DNA from: a virus
Lineage: Duplodnaviria; Caudoviricetes
Length of the DNA stretch: 54,020 nucleotides
Reading direction: 5' to 3' (one strand)
Virus record (IMG/VR): IMGVR_UViG_3300044691_000045
Span: 1 to 54,020 of that record
Shown here: positions 1 through 9,814 of the stretch, piece after piece
Position numbering within the stretch: the stretch's first letter is position 1
How the letters are laid out: every line of letters begins with the position of its first letter
Made by a program: the position numbers and the translations under genes
The notes under the pieces: model-generated
Seen by the model: the letters and a program-made list of their open reading frames with translations, nothing else
Database searches by the model: none
What the model was told of the DNA's origin: nothing

Positions 1-127
1 CATCCAGCGCTGTTTTGTAGTCCTTTTTCTGCTCCATCTCTTCTGCAAAGGTTAGTACAGACCGCGCGTGCTGTTCCTTTGTGGGCAGAAAGGTACGCTC
101 GCCCTCTGCGGCGCGTATCTCATCCAT
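1..127. repeat. Terminal direct repeat, identical to 53894-54020; circular assembly overlap
   Basis: The first 127 nt equal the last 127 nt, and the terS frame reads through the junction. 127 is a common assembler k-mer length. Confidence 0.95.
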
Positions 128-295
128 TACTTGAATCACAAATGGATCAAAATGCCAGCTAACACCGGCATCCATTTTCTTCTGTACGTCTTTTGGATCG
201 GAGTATACGACGGATGCCGCTTTCATTGTGTCGCGCGGATTCGCCAGCAATGCGCGTGCAAATATGCGTTTTTTCTCCTCTTCTGCGGCATCCAT
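1..295 (-). CDS. terS: Terminase small subunit, 5' part (continues at 54020..53721; ~155 aa, MDAAEEEKKRIFARALLANP...)
   Basis: ATG at 295 is in frame with ORF 53721..54020 across the junction; the gene lies directly upstream of terL. Confidence 0.7.
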   Translation of the reverse strand, partial: MDAAEEEKKRIFARALLANPRDTMKAASVVYSDPKDVQKKMDAGVSWHFDPFVIQVMDEIRAAEGERTFLPTKEQHARSVLTFAEEMEQKKDYKTALD

Positions 296-305
296 AGTAG
301 AACCT

Positions 306-355
306 CAAAAATAAGACCGCATAGACAATGTTTCACCACTCTGCTATGCGGTCTT
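306..355 (-). terminator. Stem-loop with U tract between the membrane-gene block and terS
   Basis: 12-bp stem AAGACCGCATAG (313-324) / CTATGCGGTCTT (344-355), followed by ATTTTT on the minus strand. Confidence 0.6.
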
Positions 356-364
356 TTGGCAAAC

Positions 365-799
365 CTATCTGTTTACAATTCCCGGCGTAGGCGCGAAGTT
401 CACAGTTTGCTTTACTTGCGCTGCTGGTGCAGACACCTGTGCAACAGTAGTGCTGCTGCTCGCAATCTGTTTCGCCTGCATAATTACTTGCGGGAATGCT
501 GCGATGAATGCCTCAAATTCCTGTAGTGCTGACTGATCGGCACCGGCATTCAACAAACCTTGCTTGGCTGCCTCACCGCCGAGATGCAGCGCCGATGCCA
601 GTATGCCAAGCGCGGCATAGCTTACGCGCTCGATACCCACGATAGCGGGGCCGTAACCGGGCACCAGCGTTGACAGAGCCTCTACGGTAGGCTCAGTGCC
701 ATTGATCTTGAGCAACACGCCTGCAACCAACTCTGCGTCATGGGCGAGGGTTTGAAAGCCGCTAGCAATTGCGTGGTCAAAAGACGTAAAAATGCTCAT
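365..799 (-). CDS. Hypothetical amphipathic/membrane-associated protein (144 aa, MSIFTSFDHAIASG...)
   Basis: AAGGAG RBS precedes ATG 799; the longer ORF-track start overlaps the upstream gene. Confidence 0.7.
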   Translation of the reverse strand: MSIFTSFDHAIASGFQTLAHDAELVAGVLLKINGTEPTVEALSTLVPGYGPAIVGIERVSYAALGILASALHLGGEAAKQGLLNAGADQSALQEFEAFIAAFPQVIMQAKQIASSSTTVAQVSAPAAQVKQTVNFAPTPGIVNR

Positions 800-848
800 G
801 GGTAACGCTCCTTGTGCCAAAGGTACAGCAGGTTGTACAGCAGTTGGA

Positions 849-1154
849 CTACTTGATGTCTGCGACAGTTGCGGAGACAACAGCCTGTTTGGAGCTAGGG
901 GCCACTTCTGCGGTAGTAATCTTCTGTCCGTTGCGGTAGTTGAGATAGACGGCAACGGCAATGGGGAAACCTGCTTTGACCCAACCGGGAGCACCGGCGA
1001 TTGCGTGGTTAACGTTTGCCGCAATGCTGGCATCGGTGACATATAGCGCATACCCGCTTGCAAGCGCAACCGTAATGCCGTGAGTGAATCCGTTGTAGAC
1101 TTCCCAGAAGGTTTTTGGTTCATTTGATTTTACCGCCGCTACTGACGTTTCCAT
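849..1154 (-). CDS. Small membrane protein, holin-like candidate
   Basis: GAGGAG RBS, two moderately hydrophobic segments, hydrophilic C-terminus, and position upstream of the terminase. Confidence 0.5.
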   Translation of the reverse strand: METSVAAVKSNEPKTFWEVYNGFTHGITVALASGYALYVTDASIAANVNHAIAGAPGWVKAGFPIAVAVYLNYRNGQKITTAEVAPSSKQAVVSATVADIK

Positions 1155-1166
1155 TTGCGCTCCTCA

Positions 1167-1487
1167 TTAGGCCATATCCAGCTTTCCCTGTATTCGCGCT
1201 ACGTTACGCAAGTTATCGCGCATATCCGTATACTGCTGATCCTGCGTTTTCTGTAACTGCGAAATTTGTTCACGCATAGTTGTCATTTGCGTTTGCTGTG
1301 TTCTAACCGTTTTCTCTAGTGTTTCGTAACTCACAATTAAAGTTTTCAGTTTCGCGTTGTCTACAGCGTTGCGCAGGAAAAAACCCATGCCCAACCCTAT
1401 AACTGTTCCCACCGGGGTAAGCAGTTCTATAACACTTCTCAACCAATCTGGTAGCATGGTTGCAACTGCATAGCCCGCTTCACGCAT
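1167..1487 (-). CDS. Single-TM plus coiled-coil protein (lysis-module type)
   Basis: TM segment LLTPVGTVIGLGMGFFL followed by a heptad-rich Q/L region. Confidence 0.6.
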   Translation of the reverse strand: MREAGYAVATMLPDWLRSVIELLTPVGTVIGLGMGFFLRNAVDNAKLKTLIVSYETLEKTVRTQQTQMTTMREQISQLQKTQDQQYTDMRDNLRNVARIQGKLDMA

Positions 1488-1489
1488 TC

Positions 1490-1951
1490 TTACGCTGCCC
1501 CAAACGTTTTCTTAGTTATGGCTAACTCATGGTTAGCTATCCAGTGCAAATTCATTGCACGTTGGTGTATGTCTTTTATCTTGTGCCATTCCAGTACATC
1601 GGCTTCCTCTGTTCTACGCAGAGTTAAGCGCAGATTAGCAAGCTGTCCGCCGAGATAGGCAAAGGTGAAGAATGACACCATAGAGTGTATTGTCCACCAC
1701 ACTATAGCAATAGCAAACGTGTTATGAGCAATGCTGAAACACGTTATGAATTGCGATATAGAGCAAGAGTAGAAAAACACAGATAGAACAACATTCAAAG
1801 AATGATGCCCGGATTTGCGGTCATGGGTAAGAATGTGGAAGAGTACAGCAATGCCCAGAACAAAGACACCTGTTGCTGCTGAGTCAACCAAACGTATGTC
1901 AGCAGCGTACATATTAAAGCGTGTCGTCATTAGCCAGTGCTCTAAATACAT
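1490..1951 (-). CDS. 3-TM membrane protein resembling the ethylene-receptor (ETR1-type) sensor domain
   Basis: GGAG RBS before ATG 1951; three hydrophobic helices with the pattern D...(TM1)...FFYSCSISQ...VSFFT. Confidence 0.55.
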   Translation of the reverse strand: MYLEHWLMTTRFNMYAADIRLVDSAATGVFVLGIAVLFHILTHDRKSGHHSLNVVLSVFFYSCSISQFITCFSIAHNTFAIAIVWWTIHSMVSFFTFAYLGGQLANLRLTLRRTEEADVLEWHKIKDIHQRAMNLHWIANHELAITKKTFGAA

Positions 1952-1962
1952 ATAGTCTCCAG

Positions 1963-3807
1963 TTACAGCGTTGACGCTATTTGCATTTTGACCCACGTGC
2001 CAAACCCGTCAGCAGCATTGCTTTGCCAGCCGCCGCCGGGTGCTTCTGAGTCTATCGTGCATTTCCACCAAGCACCGTTATCTGTCTCTACCCACACTGT
2101 ACCGAAGGCCCATGCTGGCGTGCATGCTCCGCGTCCAGCACCGGAACCTTGCGGCGGTCCTGTGGTAGTCATGGTAAGAAAAGAACTCTGCGAAGCTGTG
2201 AAAGGACCGTCACCGTTGAAAAATAGTTTATCGCCAATGGCTAGCTCATTGAACACTAACCCTTGCGCAGCGGTAACATGCATTTCAACTAGCGCGGCAT
2301 TAGACATCTGCGGCGTGCCTGCTGTGCAGTAATTGTTAGTCGCTGTTGGCTCTGTAGTCTGCGTAAAACCCGGACCCCATGACCCCGATGTAACATTGAT
2401 AAAGCACGTAGCAAACGTGTTATCTGCTGCGTTGTCATGGATGCTGTAGTTATTTACAGCGTCTAGCTGTATCTGATCGTGATTGGTAGTATTGAAAAAG
2501 TTATCATGTATAGCGGTACCACCGGATTGACCGCCGTTTGTGCCCGGTACACCGTACAACGCTTGATTCGCAGTTACAGTTGTGGGCGAAGATTGGCCTA
2601 TCTTCATTGGCAGTTCTGCGCCCTCAAAGTATGCAAACTCTACTGAATCAGCGCGCGTCAAACCAAATGCTATCCCGCCTATACCATTTGATTCTACGTT
2701 TACGCCGATAAAATGGTTGTTGTAGTTTGGTGATTGCGTACCGGCTGCACCGTAGTTAAGACCGCCACCGCCATATGTTGCGCTTGTGGGGTAGATGTTA
2801 GAAAGACCATCTATAATACCCCAGCCACTATTATTGTTGTAGTTGCCGCCAATTACGGTAAATGCATTGCTGGCAAAAGCGGGACGCCCTTCCAAGTTCA
2901 ATCCATTCATGTTTGACTGTGCGGTATCATTGAATATGGTTACCACGTTAGCACCGCGGCTAATCATTCCATCCCCGGCTGTAAAACCAGTGATATTCAT
3001 ATTTTCGATAAGACCGCCCTGCTCTGCGCCGTCCATGCGTATTCCACTACGCGCGGAGGCTGTGCCTGTGAGTTTACCGCCGCTAATGTGAAAGTGATCC
3101 GCGCCAGTAAGTACCTCGATGCCTGTATCACTGCCTGTGTAATGCAACGTTACCTGTGGATCGATTTGCAGATAGTCATTCGCGGAAACAGGCAACTGCA
3201 TTGTTACGCTGTAGTTGTACGTAACACCCGGTACATACGGAACAAACACGTGAGTATGCGTAGCAAATGCTGTGTTAACCAGCGTTCCTACGTCTGTGCC
3301 ATTGGACGGCGCTACTGTACCCACACCGCTATCAGGATTTGAGTTGCCGGGAGGACCGACGGGACCGGCTATTGGAATAAAGGACGGCAATGGTACTGCA
3401 AACATACCTAGATTTTGCGTACACAGGTTAAACGGCGCAGAGCCTTCGATGTCTACGTTGTTGTAGATCGTAAACTTCTGCGTACTGGTATTTTGTATTG
3501 TAATGCGATAACGTATGTTAGTTGGCGATGTTCCGCTCGCATCCGCAACAGATAACGGTGTAACTAATTGCCCGTTGGATATGCTTCTAGTAACTACGTC
3601 TGTTGTTGCAATACCACCGCTGGCAAAAGTGAATGGCTGCGGCTTATTCGTCTGCGGATTGAACGCTTGAATATAGAACATGCCCGTAAGCATAGGTACG
3701 TTCGATGCGTCCATAATGCATGGCGAAGGCGTTGTAACCGGCGTTAGCGTCTGTGCTCCGGCAAAGGTTGCGAGCAAGAAAATAGTAGTTACAAGCCATG
3801 TACGCAT
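1963..3807 (-). CDS. Signal-peptide-bearing tailspike-like protein: N-terminal adaptor domain, short collagen linker, right-handed beta-helix (pectin-lyase-like) domain
   Basis: N-terminus MRTWLVTTIFLLATFAGA|Q; GPVGPPG linker; N/G-rich beta-helix repeats (IENMNITGF, NNNSGWGI, ESNGIGGI, IHDNFF). Confidence 0.7.
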   Translation of the reverse strand: MRTWLVTTIFLLATFAGAQTLTPVTTPSPCIMDASNVPMLTGMFYIQAFNPQTNKPQPFTFASGGIATTDVVTRSISNGQLVTPLSVADASGTSPTNIRYRITIQNTSTQKFTIYNNVDIEGSAPFNLCTQNLGMFAVPLPSFIPIAGPVGPPGNSNPDSGVGTVAPSNGTDVGTLVNTAFATHTHVFVPYVPGVTYNYSVTMQLPVSANDYLQIDPQVTLHYTGSDTGIEVLTGADHFHISGGKLTGTASARSGIRMDGAEQGGLIENMNITGFTAGDGMISRGANVVTIFNDTAQSNMNGLNLEGRPAFASNAFTVIGGNYNNNSGWGIIDGLSNIYPTSATYGGGGLNYGAAGTQSPNYNNHFIGVNVESNGIGGIAFGLTRADSVEFAYFEGAELPMKIGQSSPTTVTANQALYGVPGTNGGQSGGTAIHDNFFNTTNHDQIQLDAVNNYSIHDNAADNTFATCFINVTSGSWGPGFTQTTEPTATNNYCTAGTPQMSNAALVEMHVTAAQGLVFNELAIGDKLFFNGDGPFTASQSSFLTMTTTGPPQGSGAGRGACTPAWAFGTVWVETDNGAWWKCTIDSEAPGGGWQSNAADGFGTWVKMQIASTL

Positions 3808-3840
3808 AGCGGAATAGTACCATCCTGTCAACGAATCTAT

Positions 3841-6800
3841 CTAACGTTTCTTTCTACCGTGCGCGGCATACGTAGTCTGCTGCGCAAGCGACGTACCGCC
3901 AACGGCGGTAACTGTCAAGGCTAGACTGTCGCTGTGTGTCAATGAGCCAGAAACCGCCGTCCACAGACCTACAGCCGATACGCTGCTGCCTTGCCCACTC
4001 ACCAGCACAGCACTATTCGCTGGCACGTACACACCCGCATGGCCGCTGGTGATCGTGGCTGTGTAAGGCGCACCGGGCACTGGAGGCGTATAGCTTAACG
4101 GTGATCCTTGCAACAGCACATTCGTGTTTACCTTGTCAGTTAATCCAGACGCATCCGACAGTGTGATTATATTCGCAGACGATATAGCTGCTGGGAATGT
4201 AACAGCCATATTCATATTAGTTGTGGATTCGTTTAGAATCACAACTGCCTGTGACCCGTCTTGGTGCTGCAAGCCGTACGCTTTTACGTTGTTACCGCTA
4301 GACGTTATAGACGTAGATAGCATGCTAGCTTGCTGGTTACCTTGCGTAGCAAGCGTGAACAACAGCAAGCCTGCGTACTTTGGCTGCTCTTGGTATGTGT
4401 ATCCGTCACTGTCCTGAATAACTGAGTACGGGTTTGATGGCGCAGTTCCCATACCGCCTGAAATCCAATTGAGCATAACAGCGCCAGATTTTGCTACAAC
4501 AAAGTTAAAATCTATAGCGTACAGCGCAGAACTAAACGTGTTGGATACGCCGTCTAATCCTCCACTGTAGATGTCGTTTGTTTCGTTTAAAACCCACGCA
4601 TCCGGATAAGTTGCTTGCGTGGTATGGATGCCGCTAACCATAGAGTTAAAAAAGCCGTCTGATGCTGTAAAACTAAGCATCTCTGCTATAGTTCCAGTAG
4701 TAGGCCCGTCATGGTAAAAGTGTGACGTATCCCATAGCAACAGATCGGCATTGGCTGCCTCCATTGCTGTTGAATAAGTGCCAGCGCTCGTTGCAACTCC
4801 TGTTGACGGTCCTACAAACTGAGCACTAGGTACAGCGGCTTGAATAGCCAGCGCATACGTACGCCATGCTGTTGCAAATGAGGATGCTGTATAACCAGCG
4901 CCGGTATAGCCTGTGCCGTCTGGTTCGTTGCCTATCTCAAATGCAACCAACGATGATCCTAGCTTTGATGCAACGTAGGTTGCCTCCGCTACTGCGACAG
5001 ATGTGGTATTGCCTAGAAAGCGCAGACCGTACGTGCATTTCCATCCGGTAGCTGTAAGAAACGCAGCTAGGTTGTCCACGTCAGACTGTGAAATTTGCCC
5101 GGTTGTTTGTCCTGCTCCTGCTGGTGTCCATACCTCGTTATCGCCAGTAACTAAGCGCAGTGTGCCATTGCCTAAGCCTTTGAAATCAGCAATACCGCGT
5201 GCGTTGTTAGAAGCAAAGAAACGTGTACCTGCCATCAGCTTTGACTTAGTGTAAGACAAGCCTTGAAAGCCAGCCGGTATGTTGCCCACAACTGCGGTTG
5301 TCATGGTGACAGTGCCGCTCGCGGGTGACGACGGTACAGGCTGTAGATTGGTTGCCGCTGCTGCCGAAGTTAGGACAACAGCTTGCGTACCGTTCGCTGC
5401 TAGCGTGAATGAGCTAGGCGCGGCTGTTACCCCTGTGGGCAAACCAGCAACCGTTACTGCTGCTGTAGCTGCGAACGTTCCTAGAGCCGTAGATACTACG
5501 TTTACTGTTGCCGTAGAACCTACAGTCATTGTTAGCGTATCTGGCGTGACCGCTATAGTAAAGTCAGACGGCGCACCCGCGCACGTGCCTGATAGCTTTA
5601 CCGGCTCTGTACCTAGTACGAAAGTACCGCCTGTAATCGTTGTGACATTTCCGCGCAAGTCTGTCTTTGTGGGGTAGCAGGTTGATACAGTTGTATGACG
5701 CTCATAACCTGTATCAAACATAAACTGTACTGTGCTGCCATCGTTGTTAAGTGCAGTTGCAGACCATACAGAATTGTATTTTGCATGTGCGCCTGTTACA
5801 TCGTCAAAATGCGTTGTGAATCGATTGATATTGTTGATCCAACCTAGCACAGTTGCATGCGCTTGCCCTGCTGGATGGATGCCGACAGCGTTTGTAAACT
5901 GATGGTTGCTGCGGTAGCAATCTGCTGCATTGGTATAGCTTGATCCGATGTACTCTATACCAAAACACGCAACAGAGTGTAGCTCGATAACGCTGCAATC
6001 GCCTGTTTTTAAGTAAGGAGAGCAATACGCATTCGTTGTCTTAGAACGATACAATGTTAGACCGCCGCTACCTGTGGAATCAAACTGATACCAATTGCTA
6101 CCGATAGGACCGCAGCCACGCGTGCCGCAACCTGTACCGTACAATGGATTTTGTGAGTCAGCAGTTATCAGCGCTAGTTGTCCCATATAACCGCGCTGAT
6201 TTGTTGCTGTGAATGTCGCACCTGTTAGTGAATCGGTACGCGTGTCGTCCTGCATCTGATCATCGAAGTAATAGCCGCCCTCTGTTTCGAGCATAGGCGC
6301 ATCAGGCAGCATCCATGTTTTGCTCTGAATAACTGAGCGCATACGCTGTCTAATCTCGATAATGGAATAGTTGCAATGTTTGTTTGTAGACGTGATGTTG
6401 GAAGGCGTACACATGGAACTACCGAAACCTGTGCGATGAATATATGATCCAGTAGTATCTGTGTTACTACCACTACCGTCACCAGATATAGCGTTAGTAG
6501 CTCCTACACCGGGGAATACAACCTCTTGGTCGCTGTAGTCATGATAACTAATGCCTATACGTGGATTATTAGCAAGATCAGGCGCAACAATGTGAAATTG
6601 ATCCAGCAGCGAGTTCATGTTCTGATCGCACAGACCATTCGTGCCGCCTATCGAGTATTGCTTACCACCGCACGCCATTGATCCGATGTAGTATGTGCAA
6701 TCACCGCAATAAGCAAACACGATACGCGCTTCGTCTGCTTCCTGTGCAGCTAACCGCGTCCATGTACCGCTCTGTTGGCCCCATTGCTGCCCAGTATCGC

Positions 6801-7476
6801 TCTCGTTCACGCCCTCGAAATCATGAATACGGCATATGCCTACTAGCGGCGTTGCTGGTCTACTCTTTACACCGCACACTTTCTGCATAACAGCAGTATA
6901 AAACTCCTGCTTAATGCAGTCACCTTTTGCACCGCTAGGCGTATCGCCGGGAGCACCATTGACAGCCACATTACCGCAACTAATGTTAGCCATCGCTGTC
7001 TGTACTACGCCAGTATCGCTGTAATAACTATCGTATGGGCGCAACGATGGGTTATCGCGTGTATCACTGCAACCTGTTAGACCAAACGCGGAAGTAGACG
7101 CTGCGCCTGCCCAGTGCGGAATTGCAGAATCAGAAAATACAGTACGCGCGCCTATAGCTTCATTAGCAGGTATCCACGACGTAAGCGGATTTGCCTGCCC
7201 AGTAGCGGCAAGTAGATTACCGCTACCAGTCATGTTATACACGCCACGGCACGTATGTATGTTGTACTCAGCTTCGCCAGCATTCGCGCGGGAAAAATTA
7301 GGCGGAGCTATACCAACCTTGTTTATTGCATCCTGCAAGTCCAGCGGATGCAATACGTATACATCAAGCGGAGTTACGTTAGGATTGGTGCGAGGATCAA
7401 TAGGCACAGCCTGAGAAAAAGCAGCTATGCTGCAAAACAGCAATAGACTAGAAGTTATAAACTGCCGCAATTGCAC
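3841..7476 (-). CDS. Secreted multi-domain glycoside hydrolase: N-terminal clan-A-like domain, Ig-like linker, C-terminal GH79-like (beta-glucuronidase/heparanase family) domain
   Basis: Signal peptide ...FCSIAAFS|Q. GH79-type motifs GFQGLSY, LGNGTLR, FEIGNEPD (acid/base), LNETN (nucleophile), GVSNTFSSALYAIDF. The N-terminal half has EGVNESD and LETEGG. Confidence 0.75.
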   Translation of the reverse strand: MQLRQFITSSLLLFCSIAAFSQAVPIDPRTNPNVTPLDVYVLHPLDLQDAINKVGIAPPNFSRANAGEAEYNIHTCRGVYNMTGSGNLLAATGQANPLTSWIPANEAIGARTVFSDSAIPHWAGAASTSAFGLTGCSDTRDNPSLRPYDSYYSDTGVVQTAMANISCGNVAVNGAPGDTPSGAKGDCIKQEFYTAVMQKVCGVKSRPATPLVGICRIHDFEGVNESDTGQQWGQQSGTWTRLAAQEADEARIVFAYCGDCTYYIGSMACGGKQYSIGGTNGLCDQNMNSLLDQFHIVAPDLANNPRIGISYHDYSDQEVVFPGVGATNAISGDGSGSNTDTTGSYIHRTGFGSSMCTPSNITSTNKHCNYSIIEIRQRMRSVIQSKTWMLPDAPMLETEGGYYFDDQMQDDTRTDSLTGATFTATNQRGYMGQLALITADSQNPLYGTGCGTRGCGPIGSNWYQFDSTGSGGLTLYRSKTTNAYCSPYLKTGDCSVIELHSVACFGIEYIGSSYTNAADCYRSNHQFTNAVGIHPAGQAHATVLGWINNINRFTTHFDDVTGAHAKYNSVWSATALNNDGSTVQFMFDTGYERHTTVSTCYPTKTDLRGNVTTITGGTFVLGTEPVKLSGTCAGAPSDFTIAVTPDTLTMTVGSTATVNVVSTALGTFAATAAVTVAGLPTGVTAAPSSFTLAANGTQAVVLTSAAAATNLQPVPSSPASGTVTMTTAVVGNIPAGFQGLSYTKSKLMAGTRFFASNNARGIADFKGLGNGTLRLVTGDNEVWTPAGAGQTTGQISQSDVDNLAAFLTATGWKCTYGLRFLGNTTSVAVAEATYVASKLGSSLVAFEIGNEPDGTGYTGAGYTASSFATAWRTYALAIQAAVPSAQFVGPSTGVATSAGTYSTAMEAANADLLLWDTSHFYHDGPTTGTIAEMLSFTASDGFFNSMVSGIHTTQATYPDAWVLNETNDIYSGGLDGVSNTFSSALYAIDFNFVVAKSGAVMLNWISGGMGTAPSNPYSVIQDSDGYTYQEQPKYAGLLLFTLATQGNQQASMLSTSITSSGNNVKAYGLQHQDGSQAVVILNESTTNMNMAVTFPAAISSANIITLSDASGLTDKVNTNVLLQGSPLSYTPPVPGAPYTATITSGHAGVYVPANSAVLVSGQGSSVSAVGLWTAVSGSLTHSDSLALTVTAVGGTSLAQQTTYAAHGRKKR

Positions 7477-9805
7477 CGTTGCCTCCGTCAGTACCTAGTG
7501 TAGTGCCGCAAACTGTTGTGCTGTGTAATCCGCCGTTTGCTGTCACCTGAGTAGCGAAAAGATTGTTGCCGAAGTTATAGCCCATTGCTTCTAGCAGTAT
7601 GTTACCAGCGCCGCCGCCTGCGCCGGATAGCGATGTTCCGCCTGCGCACGGTCCACCGGGACCACCATCCGCACTAATCCGTCCGGTAGAACTGATAAGT
7701 AAGAATGTCGTTTTGATGTAGACAAAACCGCTAGGTTGACCGCCGAAGCCGCCTAGATGCGTACCGTCACCAAAGCCGGGAGCACCCTGCGCGCCGAAGC
7801 CGTGCTGTATCATCTCGCGCAGCAATGGCCCTGCGCCGGGGATCGTGAGGCCCGTAGTAGCGCTCATTCCCGCAACAGCAGAGGTACCACCGCCTAGCGG
7901 CGTGGATTGGTTAGGGTATTGCCGCCTTCCGCCGCCGTTGATCGCTGTAGTGCCGCCGCCAGCGCCGCCCTGCCCACCGGCAAGCGGAGTGAATGCAGAG
8001 CTTGTGCTTGTCTGTCCTGAAACCGTGCCAGCAATTGCGCCCGTTGCTGCTAGGCTACACGTACCGGATACTGCCGCAGGCCACTGCGATGTAAATGCAA
8101 TACCGCCAAGAGATGCAATGGTTGCAGATGGAACGTGGCTATTTATAATTCCAGCACCGTAGCACAGGAATGATGAAAAGTGTGCATAGCCATCTATGAA
8201 TGCTGTTGTACCGTTGACAGTGAATGAGCCGCTTAGACCATTACCGCCGTTTGCCATGATTGCAAACGGAGATGTACCATACATGAATGGCGCAGCAAAC
8301 AGTGTAAACGTGCTTCCATTGTAGCCAACATCCCCAAGCGCAACAACCTGTGGCGATGCTACCGACCATCCAGCAGTAGTTGTGCCGTCGCCTGTTGTAC
8401 TAGTCATCCACAACTGTGTAGACATATCGAACCAATACGCAGGATTAGAGACAGTACCGGAATTGATCGGCGTGTTTATCTCAAATTGCACAATTGGCGC
8501 AGTTGTTGTATCTATCCACGTAAGACTGCCGCAACTTCCATCTGACTGAGCAATAAAAGATGCAAACGGAAAGTGCATGCCAGCAATAGCACTGGGAGTT
8601 ACAGTATTAGTTCCTACCCAACTACAAGTGCCACTGCTATTATTCATAACTAGCGGCTGCGTAGATGTTCCGCGTTCGATAAACGTATTACCGCTGTAGC
8701 GTAAGTAATCTGGAATGCCGAGTGTGGGCGACGTTGTTACAGGTCCGGATACTACAGAATTTGCAACAGTAGAGTACAGCGCAGAGGACGCGCCTAGCGT
8801 CTGGTTAGACGGATTGTAGGTTAGCGGCGGTTGTGCCACAGCTACACCCGGCGTACCTTGCGCACCGGGCGCACCCGGCGTACCGTTAGCGCCATTGGCA
8901 CCGTTCGCACCAGCAGGCCCAGCCGGTATGCCCACATTCAGGGCGTACAGCGTGCCGCTGGGATTAGTTACGCTGATAGTCGGTGACGCACCATTGGCTA
9001 GTCCTATTGCAGTGCCAGCCTGAAAGGTAGGTGTTACGCCTGCGCTACCTGCTGGTCCTGTTGGCCCGGTTGCGCCTGTTGCGCCTGTTGCGCCGGTTGC
9101 TCCTGCTGTACCTGCTGGTATAGATACATCTAACGCAAACACGTGTGTGCTTACAGTGCGTACAGTAACAGACGGCAATGTACCCGCACTTGTCTGTGTA
9201 GTTGTACCGCTAATAAACGATGGCGGAGTTGTACCGCTTATACCTGCTATCTGCGCAGCAACATACGCCTGATCCGCAAGCGGAGAACCACCGGAGCTAG
9301 TAAGCGCACCCTTCAGTGTTGCACCATTCAACAGTGTTGTAACTGTGTCTGATGTGATAGTAGTGGTACCGTTGGATAGATTCAGGCCGTACGTACCAGC
9401 TACCGGCTGTGATCCGTTGTAAGTTTGCAGAATAATCGTACCGGCTAATAGATCAGTTGGCGACGTAGCCGCCTGTGATGCCGTACCGCTGGGAGATGTG
9501 CAATAGTTCCACGTAAGTGGCGCAAACGTTTGTGTAGCGAATGTAAACGTTTGCTTATTGAATACGTCAATCAAACGCACAGTGTACGTACCTGCTTGCA
9601 CGATCATGCGCGGAGATACAGTACCGTTTATTACTGCTGCGTATTGGGTTAGTCCCGCACCTGTGGGAGTAACAACAAGAGCGCCTTGCTGTTCCAATCC
9701 AGACGCGCCAGTAACGCAGCCATCGCCAAGCACTGTTACACTGGCTTGTCCAAAGAGCAAAGGTGCGCAAAGCGCTAGATATAAGCATAAAACAATTTTA
9801 CGCAT
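7448..9805 (-). CDS. Signal-peptide-bearing collagen-like fibre protein with glycine-rich C-terminal domain
   Basis: MRKIVLCLYLALCAPLLFG|Q; Gly-X-Y runs (GATGATGATGATGPTGPAG, GANGANGANGTPGAPGAQG); duplicated ...ALxVxIPAG module; GGGGAG-rich C-terminus typical of phage fibres. Confidence 0.75.
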   Translation of the reverse strand: MRKIVLCLYLALCAPLLFGQASVTVLGDGCVTGASGLEQQGALVVTPTGAGLTQYAAVINGTVSPRMIVQAGTYTVRLIDVFNKQTFTFATQTFAPLTWNYCTSPSGTASQAATSPTDLLAGTIILQTYNGSQPVAGTYGLNLSNGTTTITSDTVTTLLNGATLKGALTSSGGSPLADQAYVAAQIAGISGTTPPSFISGTTTQTSAGTLPSVTVRTVSTHVFALDVSIPAGTAGATGATGATGATGPTGPAGSAGVTPTFQAGTAIGLANGASPTISVTNPSGTLYALNVGIPAGPAGANGANGANGTPGAPGAQGTPGVAVAQPPLTYNPSNQTLGASSALYSTVANSVVSGPVTTSPTLGIPDYLRYSGNTFIERGTSTQPLVMNNSSGTCSWVGTNTVTPSAIAGMHFPFASFIAQSDGSCGSLTWIDTTTAPIVQFEINTPINSGTVSNPAYWFDMSTQLWMTSTTGDGTTTAGWSVASPQVVALGDVGYNGSTFTLFAAPFMYGTSPFAIMANGGNGLSGSFTVNGTTAFIDGYAHFSSFLCYGAGIINSHVPSATIASLGGIAFTSQWPAAVSGTCSLAATGAIAGTVSGQTSTSSAFTPLAGGQGGAGGGTTAINGGGRRQYPNQSTPLGGGTSAVAGMSATTGLTIPGAGPLLREMIQHGFGAQGAPGFGDGTHLGGFGGQPSGFVYIKTTFLLISSTGRISADGGPGGPCAGGTSLSGAGGGAGNILLEAMGYNFGNNLFATQVTANGGLHSTTVCGTTLGTDGGNGAIAAVYNF

Positions 9806-9814
9806 GAAATGCTC

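Noticed and set aside
1-127. Biological direct terminal repeat
   Set aside because: The length equals a standard assembler k-mer and the repeat falls inside terS, so it is best explained as circular overlap.
800-1123. N-terminal extension of ORF 365..1123
   Set aside because: It overlaps gene 849..1154; the RBS supports a start at 799.
8840-9110. 9-bp tandem DNA repeats as a VNTR or DGR element
   Set aside because: They are explained by collagen Gly-X-Y coding; there is no reverse transcriptase or TR/VR pair.
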